Virus record (IMG/VR): IMGVR_UViG_3300045988_156631
Origin: a virus
Direction: 5' to 3' (one strand)
Length of the DNA stretch: 46,411 nucleotides
Shown: one piece after another, positions 24,143 through 34,500 of the stretch
Layout of the letters: every line of letters starts with the position of its first letter
Numbering within the stretch: the stretch's first letter is position 1
Position numbers and translations under genes: made by a program
Notes under the pieces: model-generated
What the model saw: the letters and a program-made list of their open reading frames with translations, nothing else
The model's database searches: none
What the model was told of the DNA's origin: nothing

Positions 24143-24163
24143 GTTATAAGCTATGCTTATAAT
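24143..24163. promoter_or_regulatory. Palindromic operator-like site gttataagc-tat-gcttataat, overlapping -10 boxes on both strands
   Basis: Inverted repeat with 8 of 9 matches. Plus-strand TATAAT is at 24158..24163 and minus-strand TATTAT at 24164..24159. Confidence 0.45.
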
Positions 24164-24234
24164 AACATTATTTCATATAATTTTCAATGATGCAGTCTGG
24201 GGATATGAAACTATTTATGAAAGGAGCTGATCTT

Positions 24235-24780
24235 ATGCCACTACCCAACGAACGTACCTACACCATCGAAGATATCTACGCTCTTCCGGAAGGAGAACGT
24301 GCGGAGCTGATCGACGGCCAACTTTACATGATGTCACCGCCAAATTATAAGCATCAGAAACTGGTATCCAAATTTACCCGGATTATCGGGAACTATATTG
24401 ATTCAAATGGTGGCCCCTGTGAGGTCCTTCCAGCCCCGCTGGCTGTTCGTTTAAATGCCGACGATAAAACTTATGTTGAACCAGATATCTCTGTCATCTG
24501 CGACCCGAACAAGATCACTGAAAAGGGAGTAGACGGGGCTCCAGACTTCATTATCGAGATCGTATCTCCCGGAACTCAAAGAAGAGATTATGGCATCAAG
24601 CTTTTCAAATACCGCACTGCCGGTGTCCGGGAATACTGGATTGTCAACCCGGCGAAAGAAATTGTGAATGCATACTGTTTTGAGAACGAAGAAAACTCCA
24701 ATCTTTATTCCTTCACGGATGATATTCCCGTTGGAATTTATCCCGGCTTCACCATCAATATTGCAGAATTACTGAAATAA
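24235..24780 (+). CDS. Uma2-family (DUF820) PD-(D/E)xK endonuclease
   Basis: MPLPNERTYTIEDIYALPEGERAELIDGQLYMMSPPNYKHQKLV...EPDISVICD...APDFIIEIVSPGTQRRDYGIKLFKYRTAGVREYWIVNP. RBS aaaggag lies 8 nt upstream. The track ORF starts at 24187. Confidence 0.8.
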   Translation: MPLPNERTYTIEDIYALPEGERAELIDGQLYMMSPPNYKHQKLVSKFTRIIGNYIDSNGGPCEVLPAPLAVRLNADDKTYVEPDISVICDPNKITEKGVDGAPDFIIEIVSPGTQRRDYGIKLFKYRTAGVREYWIVNPAKEIVNAYCFENEENSNLYSFTDDIPVGIYPGFTINIAELLK

Positions 24781-24781
24781 A

Positions 24782-24884
24782 AAGAAAAACCGCCCCGGTG
24801 TTACCAGCACCAGAACGGCTTTCACGAAAAACTATACAAATCCAGAGGATTGCATAATTTTCCCTCAGCAAGAAGATTATACCA
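24782..24884 (-). ncRNA. Conserved intergenic module, copy C: candidate ~88-nt minus-strand sRNA
   Basis: On the minus strand, TGTACA + 18 nt + TGgTATAAT (24884..24876) is followed by cttcttgctgagggaaaattatgcaatcctctggatttgtatagttttt. Then comes the hairpin ccgttctggtg-ctggtaa-caccggggcgg plus tttttcttttt. Confidence 0.4.
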
Positions 24885-24943
24885 CAATCCTTTGAATTTT
24901 GTACAGGTGTTATTTTTGTACCCATTTTTCAAAGGAGGATTGT

Positions 24944-25033
24944 ATGAAACCACTTATAAAGCATAAAATCAATCTCCCCTCTCATACGCTGGAACAGATT
25001 CAGCTTATGAAAGGGGGTGGTCTTAATGGATAA
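24944..25033 (+). CDS. 29-aa leader ORF overlapping the integrase start
   Basis: Own translation: MKPLIKHKINLPSHTLEQIQLMKGGGLNG. Strong RBS aaaggagg. Its stop at 25031..25033 overlaps the ATG at 25026. Confidence 0.35.
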   Translation: MKPLIKHKINLPSHTLEQIQLMKGGGLNG

Positions 25034-25069
25034 TACAATGCGTTATGGCGCATTATATATCCGTGTCAG

Positions 25070-26470
25070 GTGAGCACTGACAAACAGGAGGAACTCTCCC
25101 CGGATGCCCAGAAGCGTCTCCTACTGGACTACGCCAACTCCCACAATATTTTCATTTCGCCGGATCTGATCTTCACGGAGAACGGTATTTCCGGCCGGAA
25201 GGCAGATAAACGTCCGGAGTTTCAACGGATGATCGGCATGGCCAAAACGGATGAGCCACCTTTCTCTGTGATCCTGGTCTGGAAGTTCAGCCGTTTTGCC
25301 AGAAATCAGGAGGAATCCATCGTGTACAAATCCATGCTGAAAAAACAGCACGGCGTTGATGTGGTCAGCATCACGGAGCCACTGATCGATGGGCCATTTG
25401 GAACCTTGATCGAGCGTATCATTGAGTGGATGGATGAGTATTACTCCATCAATCTTTCCACGGAAGTAATCCGCGGTATGACAGAAAAAGCCCTGCGTGG
25501 CGGCTATCAGTGTACGCCGCCGCTGGGATATGAGTCTTCCCGTCCCGGGGAAGCCTTTACCGTAGTTCCGGAGGAAGCGGAGATCGTCAAATATATTTTC
25601 GACCAGTATGTTCGCTGCCACCGGGATGCCACGGCCATTGCCCGGAGTCTGAACCGGCGGAAGCTGCACACCAAAAGAGGAAATGTTTTTGAGAAAAGGA
25701 ATATCACCTACATCCTTCAGAATCCCTTCTACGCAGGAAAGATCATCTGGAACGATATTGAGCGGGATGGGATCCATGAGACCTTCATTTCTCCTGAGCT
25801 TTTCCAGGAAGCCAACATCCAGCTTCAGGCTGCCTATCAACCAAAAAAGCGCCGGAATGTTTCTACCTGTGCTCACTGGCTCTCTGGACTGGTGAAATGT
25901 TCTGCCTGTGGAGCCTCTCTTGGCTTTAACAATGCCAGGGATCCGTTTTTTCAATGCTGGAAATATGCCAAAGGCATGCATCCTGGAAGTTCCTGGATCA
26001 CACAAAGGGCTCTGGAAAATGCCGTGTTGGAATATTTTGAGCAGCTCTTAGCCGGGCAAGAATTTTCTTTTACATACCGCTCTTCCACTGCCGTGGTCGA
26101 GGAAGATCCGACGCTTATCTATAAAAAAGAGCTGGAGAAGCTGAACAGCCGTGAAATCCGGATCCGTGAGGCTTATGAAAATGAAATTGATACACTGGAA
26201 GAATACAAAGCCCGGAAGCAACAGCTCCAGGCAGAAAGAGAACGACTGAACGATCTTATCCTTTCGGTAAAAAGAACGCCGAAAAATGATGAGACAAAAG
26301 ACCGGCTGGAACTGATGAAAAAGATCCAGACCGTATATGATGTGATAAAAAGTCCTGATATTGATTATGAGGTAAAAGGGACCTTCATCCGCTCTGTTGT
26401 GGAGGAAATCGTATGGAACCGAGCAGAAAACACGCTGTCCTTTCACCTCTACATGCCCGGAAACCCTTGA
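25070..26470 (+). CDS. int: Large serine recombinase (integrase). The 5' end is disrupted: the native start (25026 or 25038) is out of frame by a 5-nt insertion at 25068..25072.
   Basis: (V)STDKQEELSPDAQKRLLLDYA...ISGRKADKRPEFQRMI...VILVWKFSRFARN resolvase domain, a recombinase domain, a zinc ribbon CSACGASLGF..., and a coiled coil. Upstream, MDNTMRYGALYIRVR* supplies the missing beta-1 strand in another frame. Confidence 0.85.
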   Translation: MSTDKQEELSPDAQKRLLLDYANSHNIFISPDLIFTENGISGRKADKRPEFQRMIGMAKTDEPPFSVILVWKFSRFARNQEESIVYKSMLKKQHGVDVVSITEPLIDGPFGTLIERIIEWMDEYYSINLSTEVIRGMTEKALRGGYQCTPPLGYESSRPGEAFTVVPEEAEIVKYIFDQYVRCHRDATAIARSLNRRKLHTKRGNVFEKRNITYILQNPFYAGKIIWNDIERDGIHETFISPELFQEANIQLQAAYQPKKRRNVSTCAHWLSGLVKCSACGASLGFNNARDPFFQCWKYAKGMHPGSSWITQRALENAVLEYFEQLLAGQEFSFTYRSSTAVVEEDPTLIYKKELEKLNSREIRIREAYENEIDTLEEYKARKQQLQAERERLNDLILSVKRTPKNDETKDRLELMKKIQTVYDVIKSPDIDYEVKGTFIRSVVEEIVWNRAENTLSFHLYMPGNP

Positions 26471-26491
26471 TTTTACTGGGGATTCCGGCTT

Positions 26492-26535
26492 TCATAGGTT
26501 ACTGCACTCCGGTGGACCGGATAGCAGTAACCTAT
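26492..26535. other. 44-bp near-perfect palindrome next to int: candidate attP core (alternatively a long stem-loop)
   Basis: cataggttactgc (26492..26504) and gcagtaacctatg (26523..26535) are perfect inverted repeats. The centre holds the inner pair tccgg/ccgga around tgga. Confidence 0.4.
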
Positions 26536-26607
26536 GGTACATAAAAATCCTGTTTTTCCTTATATTTTCGCCGTTTCTGGCATTTTTTAAATTTGGATTG
26601 TGGTAGC

Positions 26608-26628
26608 ACCCCGGAGCTTTTCCGGGGT
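26608..26628. terminator. Bidirectional terminator between int (+) and endolysin (-)
   Basis: The hairpin accccgga-gcttt-tccggggt is followed by tcttcttgttt. Confidence 0.65.
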
Positions 26629-26668
26629 TCTTCTTGTTTAGATGTCACTTGTACAAAACTATCATTTT

Positions 26669-27676
26669 TTATACCTTTAAGACCCTGTTTCTACACTTGT
26701 ACTGCGCCAGAATCCAGCCACGGGTAAGCTTCATGTATACTCCCCTGCCGCTGATCTGTTCTTCTCCCAAACACTTGTCTACCGTGCCCTTCCGGATCAG
26801 TGCTTCGCCGGAGCCGCCACGTTTAAAGTAGCGCCGCTTCGCCGTGGGGATGGTATCATACTGAACAAGTGGAGCGGAGGCTTTCGGTTCCGTCCGCAGG
26901 GCAAGGTCTGTCTGCATGCGGTAGCGGATGCCTTTCTGGAAGACCGGTGCGCTGTAGATCAGCTGACCGTTGACGTCGTAGATGTGGTATCCGGGCCGGC
27001 AGGCTTTCTTTGCATTGTCGATGTATGTGTAGCTTCCAATCTGGGTGTCTGCTCTACCCCATGCCTTCCGGACGTAATACGGACCGCCCTCGGAGTTCAT
27101 CGCCGCTTTCACGGCTTTCCGGAAGCCGTCCATCGTTAAATTGAATCGGCTCCATACGTGATCAGGATCCACATGAGCGGAGGACAAGCCCGCCAGGCGT
27201 CCCTCGTTGTGTGAGGAAATCAGGTACATTCCGTTGCCAAGCTTCTCCAGCGGGTCCCAGCCACGTTCATTACAGATCTTCGCACAGAGCATGATTGCTG
27301 TATTATAACCACGCATAATGTCAGCTTTAAACAATTCTTCATTTGTGACATCGTATGAAGCACCGTTAGTATAATGAATATAGTCCGACTCACAGATTTC
27401 AATAGTTATAAGATTATTATTACCCCAACCCGCATCCGCCCAGGAACGCATCTCTTCCGGAAGGAGCTGTAGCCCATTGCCGGAAACATCTGCATCACAG
27501 ACATAGTGGACGCAGGCCGACACCGAAGGCTGATTCCAGTAGTCAGCAACGCTCTGTGCTGTTCCCTGCCCGGTACCGATCGTGTGGATCTGGATACCGA
27601 CCTTCTCACAGATGGCCCCTGTCTGATAGCAACGATTGTTCGTGAGGTAATTCTTTTTGATGCTTAATGTGCTCAT
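26669..27676 (-). CDS. Endolysin: N-acetylmuramoyl-L-alanine amidase (Amidase_2/PGRP-like) with C-terminal SH3-like wall-binding repeats
   Basis: The likely start MSTLSIKKNY follows aaaggacgg. Contains ...IQIHTIGTG...NNLITIEICES...SSHNEGRLAGLSSAHVDPDHVW. Adjacent to the holin. Confidence 0.85.
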   Translation of the reverse strand: MSTLSIKKNYLTNNRCYQTGAICEKVGIQIHTIGTGQGTAQSVADYWNQPSVSACVHYVCDADVSGNGLQLLPEEMRSWADAGWGNNNLITIEICESDYIHYTNGASYDVTNEELFKADIMRGYNTAIMLCAKICNERGWDPLEKLGNGMYLISSHNEGRLAGLSSAHVDPDHVWSRFNLTMDGFRKAVKAAMNSEGGPYYVRKAWGRADTQIGSYTYIDNAKKACRPGYHIYDVNGQLIYSAPVFQKGIRYRMQTDLALRTEPKASAPLVQYDTIPTAKRRYFKRGGSGEALIRKGTVDKCLGEEQISGRGVYMKLTRGWILAQYKCRNRVLKV

Positions 27677-27719
27677 TTTGAACCGTCCTTTCTTATTATA
27701 ATAGATAGAAAGAGGACGA

Positions 27720-28175
27720 TTACTCGCCCTCTGTATCATCTTTGTTTACTACTTTTTCTGCAACTTCAAGACCTTCCGTTAAGATCTTCGGCACCTTATA
27801 GCCAGCTTCAACGAAATTCTCACAGATGGACCGGATCTCATTTACCAGGAGTGATGCCAGGACAAACCATCCAATCAGCACGGTCACGCCCAGATCCACG
27901 TTGATTGTCTTTCCGATTTCGGTAAACACAGCACTGGCGCCAAAGGCCACGGCGATCATAAGCCAGTATCCCAGTTTTTTCAGCACGCCTTTCCAGCCAG
28001 CTTCTGAATTCTCTTTATGTGCCATGCGGCTCTTCATCCACCCTGTCAACCAGTCAGCAACGTTAAAGGCCAGGAACAGTGCGAACAGCATCCAGTGCTC
28101 GCCAAAGATGTAGGTCAGAATTGCTACGATTCCGCCCACGACGGCATTATATGTATCAATTACTTTCATTTGCAT
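27720..28175 (-). CDS. Holin (Phage_holin_4 / TcdE-like family)
   Basis: 151 aa with 3-4 TM helices. Contains NVADWLTGWMKS...GWKGVLKKLGYWLMI...LLVNEIRSICENF. Confidence 0.85.
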   Translation of the reverse strand: MQMKVIDTYNAVVGGIVAILTYIFGEHWMLFALFLAFNVADWLTGWMKSRMAHKENSEAGWKGVLKKLGYWLMIAVAFGASAVFTEIGKTINVDLGVTVLIGWFVLASLLVNEIRSICENFVEAGYKVPKILTEGLEVAEKVVNKDDTEGE

Positions 28176-28250
28176 ATCCTCTCTTTCTGAATAATTATTT
28201 CAACGTAATGTATGTAACGTTCTTCTCTGCGGTTTTGATGTTGTTCCGGA

Positions 28251-28499
28251 TCACACCTGCTTCTCTTTCTCTGCAATCATGGCATCCTGCACAGCATATG
28301 CGGCATCCTCAAACGCAGCTGCATCTTTCCGGCACTGAACACGATTTGCCTTGTACAGGGCCTTATCAACCTGCCAGCTTGAAAGATTCATATCGTCGGG
28401 GTTGTCGCTGTTGATGGTTGCCTGATAGTTTTCGGCAGCAACGCCGTCAATTGTAGAAGTTGCGGTAAGGGTTACGTTCTTTTTGATTTCACTTAACAT
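28251..28499 (-). CDS. hypothetical protein (82 aa) between tail fibre and holin
   Basis: Track ORF in an operon position. No motif recognised. Confidence 0.5.
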   Translation of the reverse strand: MLSEIKKNVTLTATSTIDGVAAENYQATINSDNPDDMNLSSWQVDKALYKANRVQCRKDAAAFEDAAYAVQDAMIAEKEKQV

Positions 28500-28597
28500 A
28501 GCATATTCTCCTTTTTTTGTATGTGGTCCCGGTATGTTCCAGGACCATGACTGTTTTTTGACTGTTCAAATTAGTGTGTGTTCCAGCAGGACTCCTG

Positions 28598-31500
28598 TCA
28601 GCTCAGTGCCTGCCGGAGTGATTTGTTCTCTTTCTCCAGCACCGCAATCCGGTCAAAAGCCTGTGCAAGCTGATACTGCAAGGATTCCATCCGGGCGGTC
28701 ATATTCTGTCCAAGAGTGCTCACCTCCTTTCTGGTGGAATCAATAGAGGTGATAGCTTTCTGTACCATTTGCACCGCAAGCGGAACGATCTCCGTGTAAC
28801 TCATTGACCACGGTTCCTCGGTCTTACTTTTATGCACCGCTGCCAACTCATTCTCTCTAATACCGCACTTTTCAGCCAGATCCAAGGTAGTCTGTGCTCC
28901 GAATCCCATGTGAATGCCGTCAGTGCCGGTTTTCCAGTTAAACAGAACAGGTCTCAGTCGCATGAAGAGACTCTCATACTTTTCTGTGATACCGGAGATG
29001 ATGTTCTTCTCACGCTCGTCAGATGTCTGAGATACCGATTTTGCGTGGAATGTACCGGATGCACCGAAGGTATAAATGGCATCAGTTCCGTTCGTATTTC
29101 CGCCGAGTCTGGACGCATTGCAATAGTAGATCCTAAATCCGGGATCCTTTGCATAAGAAGCACCGACCCAAGCGCCGTCTGCGGTTCTGATGCGCCACCC
29201 AGGGACAAGTGCATTTGCGTCTGTACAGATTGTGTCATATGCCGAGCCATCCGGTTTTGCGGCACCGAGCCAGGTGTTTCCAACTCCTTTTGCGGCGAAT
29301 CGTAAGGACGCCACAGTTCCCCAGGACTTGATTGTACAAGATTTTCCTGGATACGGGTCTGTATAGGAACCAGTATGGAAGACGGATTCGGATTTTGAAA
29401 TAATGCCTTTTCCGAAAGTACCATAAGCACCACAATTTATCGAGTTTGCTATTGCTAAATTATCATTTTTAAAATCCCAAACGATAGGCCATGTACTTGT
29501 TCCATTTGTACCAGTGTGCATTATGCAGAACGTACCGGATTCGTTATAGAGATATAATGACGTTCCACCGTGATTTAATTTCAAACCTCTGGTTGCTGAA
29601 AGATCACCACCGAAAGTGCCGTTTCCGGCAGTAGACATACCTTCATTCACCCGCAAACCCTTGTTAATGGTTACTGCCGGTTCGAATGTTATGCCCGATT
29701 TATAGAATGAAGCAACATCCTTCAAAGTCAGTTCTTCTTGACTCATATACAATGTCGTTTCTTCCGATGCAGTGTTTCCAGAATATTTAACTCGCGAAAA
29801 CTGCATAAAAGAAGAATTAAGTGTCACATGGTCAGAAAATTTTTGCCCGTTCGTAAGAGTGTAATCATACTTTGCAGACAATCTGTCTTCTGCCAGTTCC
29901 ACGGTTCCTAGTTTGCCGGTACACGAAAATCTTCCACCGACAAGATTCGCACCCGTGATTGTACCGGTTGCTGTCACATTCTTTGCGAAAATCCCATTCA
30001 CATCCAACCGGTCTGCCGATATGGTTCCGGTAGTGATGTTTGATGCGTTGATGCCGGATGTTACAAGGTTTCCGTCAATCTTGCTATTTCCAGTCACATG
30101 AAGCTTTGTCGCACTTACTTCTTTCGCAAAAATATCATTTACATCTAGCCGGTCTGTAGAAATCTTACCGGTTTTGATGTTTGACGCGTCAATCGTGGTA
30201 GTTCCGGAGCCGGAAAGGGAGCTGATTGTCACATAACCGGACAGGTTCAGCTTATCCGCACTGATCTTTGTTGTTCCTTTGTTGATGATATTCACCACAT
30301 CGGAAGCTGACAAATTCAATTTGCTTGCCTGGATGGTCGTGGTGCCGGAGTTGATGATATCGACAACGTCTTTCGCCGTGAGGGAGATTTTGTTCGCGGA
30401 AATCTTCACAGACTCAGAGGTCTGGTTGATTGCCGAAATCACGCCGTCCTTTTTCACGGTCAGAGCAATGCTATTGGACTGCTGTTTGATTGTTGACTCG
30501 GCGGTGGTTACTCTTCCTGTCAGATTCACGACATCCGCTCCGGTTGCGTAGTAGGAACCTACCGTGCCGATGATGCCGTCTTTCGTGATTTTCAGTGATG
30601 CCTCGGATTTCCAGGATTCCAAGCTAGATAAGCGCTCTTCGTCATCCTCCGGCGCAGGCGTCCATGGAGTTGCCTTATTGCCTTCTTCCAGTTTAAGATT
30701 GGCTATAATGACAGATTCACCAGAGCCTAAATTATTTTCGAGATAAACGACTTGGCTGTTCCATGTCAAAGTATCTTTCAAAACAATTTTGATTGTGTAA
30801 TGATACCCATAATTCGTTTTTACAGCTGTTTGACTGTGGGTTTTATCTATAGGATTTAAACCATTTGCAGATAATAGGCCTAAAAAATTAGCAGATGAAC
30901 CCCCATCCGTATCATATGACAGGACATATGAGCCGCCCGGTTTCAATTTATTAAACTGCTCAAATAAAATGTCGTAAAGATATATCCTCCAGCCGGTCGA
31001 ACGCTTGCTACAACTCATTTTTACAGCATTAACGCCAAGCCAAGTGATTGATTCGCGAGAATAATTGCCGTTCTCATGCGGAATAGTCCAGTATGTAGTG
31101 CCTTGATTGGTTTTTACAAGAAGATTCCTCCCACCAATCGTCACTCCGTCAATCGCCTTGTTGATATCCGTCTGCTCCACCTTCAACGCAATCTGACCCT
31201 TCATTGCACTTATCTCGCTGTTGGTCTGGGTGATTGCCGCATTGACGGTTTTGATTTGACCATCGGAGTAGGTCTTGGCGGAACTCAAAGCATTATTGGC
31301 TTTTGTTGTGGCGTCAGATGCCGCAGTAGAAATAGCCGCCGATTTGGCATCGTTGGCCTTCTTTGTTGCATCAGAAGCCGCTGTGGATATTGCAGAACTC
31401 TTTGCATCGTTGGCTTTCTTCGTAGCATCAGAAGCCGCTGTACTGATTGCCGAACTCTTTGCGTCATTGATAGCCGTGGTATTGTTTGTCTTGAATGTAT

Positions 31501-34500
31501 TGAACTCTGTAGTGGACAGCTTCGCGGAGATGCTCTCGGCGTTCTGGGTAATTTTTGATTCTGCGGTTCCAAGTCGGGTCGTCACACCGGCGAGGTCGTT
31601 TGTGAGAGTTGTAACCTTGTTCGCAGTACTGGTCAGCCCTTCAGCGGTCTTTGTGACTTCCGCATCCATGCTGACGACTTTTTTCGTGACAGAATCCATC
31701 ACCGGATCAGAATATTCAATATCGCCGCCTACGTGGACAATAGCCTGCCGTGTCCAGATGCAGGTGTTCTCCGTCAGTTCGGGAACTGTGTTCTGCCATG
31801 TGCCACCCGTTGGAGTGGTGGTGCTGGTAGAACGGTAATACTGGGTGTACTGGTGGTCGATGGCATCTTCCGGTGCGGGAGTCCATGGAGTTGCCTTATT
31901 ACCGTTCTCAAGCTTTAAGTCTTTGATTATATAGCCATTTATCGTTGTTGGGTCGGCTGATTCAACATAAAAACTTACGGTGTAGGTACTCCCTTTTGTG
32001 TATGAAGACACTGGAAAAGATCCTATTATATCCCGTTTTTGTCCATTATGTCCACACTCAATCCGTGTTCCATCGAATTTTGCAATGTATGTTTTACTAT
32101 ATTTCTTACCTTTTTCTACACCAATTAGTAGTTCTTTTCCTACATATTGATCACCTTTCATAAGCAGAAGTTTGAATGTAGCATTGGTATATGTATCTAT
32201 ATGTTTAGGATTGCTAATGCCTTTTTTTGATCCAATGAGCAAATTCCTTCCACCAATCTCCAGATTATCCACACTACTCTTCGCCGCATCTGCTGTACTC
32301 TTCGCCGCATCTGCTGTACTCTTCGCCGCATCTGCTGTACTCTTCGCACTATTCGCTGTCGAAACTGCTCCATCAGCGGTAGACTTTGCTGTATTGGCCG
32401 TGTTCACTGCGGAATCTGCTGTGGACTTCGCACTGCTTGCCGTCTTGCTTGCCGAATCAGCCGTGTTCTTCGCCGCACTGGCTGTCTTGCTTGCGGTGTC
32501 AGCGGTTGACTTGGCGGTATTCGCTGTTTTGGTCGCTGAGTCTGCTGTAGATTTCGCTGTATTCGCCGTACCCTGTGCCGCACTGATGCCGGATTCCAGA
32601 TTGGTAACCTTCTCATTGTAAGACTGACTGGTCACATAGGTCTTGCTGACAGTCGTTTTGAACCCGTCAAGGTTCTGTTCTGCATTGCTCATCCGGGTGG
32701 TCAATGCTGTCACGGCGCTTCCATCTGCCTTGGTGGATACCGTCTTGCTCAATTCGCTGATGTTTGCACTGTTGGAATCAGCTGTCTGCTTGACCGTGTT
32801 GAGGGTCTTGCTGACCGTTTCGACTGTGGAACTATCCGCTTTCTTGCTTACAGTTGTCTGCAATCCAGAAATAGCCGCCGTATTGGAATCTGCGGTCTGC
32901 TTAATGCTGTTGACTGTGTTTGATAGGGTGGTTACGCTTGAACCATCCGCCTTTTTACTGACGGATTCTGTCAGCTTCGTGATTGTCGCAGAGTTGGCAT
33001 CCACGGTCTGCTTGACTTCGTTGAATACGGTCGTACTGACTTTTGTGCTGATGGCGGCGTCAATGTCCTCGGGCGCAGGTGTCCAGTCAGTTGCTTTGTT
33101 GCCTTTTTCAATTTTGATGTTTTCGATATATATGACGGTCCCTTGGGGGACACGGAAAGCTGAGACATCAAGAAAACCGTTGTAAGCTTCAGTGCCATGA
33201 TATCTATTGACATTAGAGGTAAATACTATTCTTTTATTTTTATTAGTAACATCAACTGTTACATTTTCTGCATCACAAATATTAAAAGTTATAGTTATGT
33301 CGTTTGTCGCGCGCACATTTGCTGAAAATGTATATTCGCCACCAATGCCGTTAAAGCCAATATTTTTCACTCGATAGATTGTTTTACTTGATGTTACCGC
33401 ATCATTGCAGGTAATCTTCAAACCTTTGATGGATGGGTCGATAGCATTGCCAGAATGAACGTTGTCAAAGTCAACGTATATACCCTTGTGAAAACCGAAT
33501 AAATTCCTTCCGCCAATCTCCACCCCCGCAACCGCATCATCCGCATACCCCTTCGCACTGTTCAATGCATTGTTCGCCTTTGTCGTGGCATCAGATGCCG
33601 CCGCAGATATCGCAGAACTCTTCGCCGCATCTGCTTTCTTTGTGGCATCGGAAGAAGCCGCCGAGATAGCTTCAGACTTCGCCGCATCAGCCTTCTTTGT
33701 AGCGTCACTCGCTGCTGTGGAAATCGCAGAACTTTTCGCCGCATCTGCTTTGCTTGTGGCATCTTTCGCCGCTTCGGATATTGCGGTACTCTGTGCTGTT
33801 GATGCCTTACTGCTTGCATCCTTCGCCGCAGTATCTATCGCTTCTTTCTTCGCATTTGCCACAGCGGTGCTTGTAGCCATGTCCTTTGTTGCGGTATCCG
33901 TGTAGGTCTTTGAACTTGCTATAGCGTCAGTTTTGGCGGTGTCAGTGTAACCTTTCGCACTTTCGATCGCACTGGTCTTTGCTGAATCCGTGTAACTTTT
34001 CGAACTCTCAATGGCACTGCTCTTCGCTGAATCAGCCGCCGACTTTGTTTCTTCTTTCGTACTGTATGTAGTTTCAATCGTGGTTGTCCTGGTTTTGACA
34101 GAGCTTATCTCGGTGTCGGTGGAAGTCCTCCAGGATGAGGTTTCACTCTGGAAGGATTTCAAACCGGAAATATCTCCGTTCACTGTCACCAGTTCTTGCA
34201 GTGCCCGGTTGACGTCAGAATCCTTGATGAGAACCCACTCGTAAACCTGATTCGTGCTTGTCCCAGTGCTGGTGAACCGGTAGCAATACCCATCGGCATT
34301 ACTACCCGCGTTGGTCACATAGCAGATGTCGCCCACATGCTTGGCTCTGGTGGAATTATCCGTCCAGGAAGATGCCGGGGAGTTCTTCAGCGTTGGAATG
34401 GTATCGGTGGTATAGGTCTGAATGGCGTTGTCTATCTGGTTCTGCAATCCATTTTGAACGCTGTCCAGATATTCCTTCGTAGGAACTTCCTTTGACAGCT

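Noticed and set aside
23344-24884. Short peptides inside the conserved intergenic modules (21 aa in copy B, 7 aa in copy C, after a GAGGG-N7-ATG)
   Set aside because: Frame and length are not conserved between copies B and C, and the ATG is absent in copy A. The element is more likely non-coding.
25121-26005. 294-aa minus-strand ORF inside the integrase gene
   Set aside because: It is entirely antisense to a motif-rich serine recombinase. It has no RBS, is Arg/Gly/Pro-rich, and looks like a typical shadow frame.
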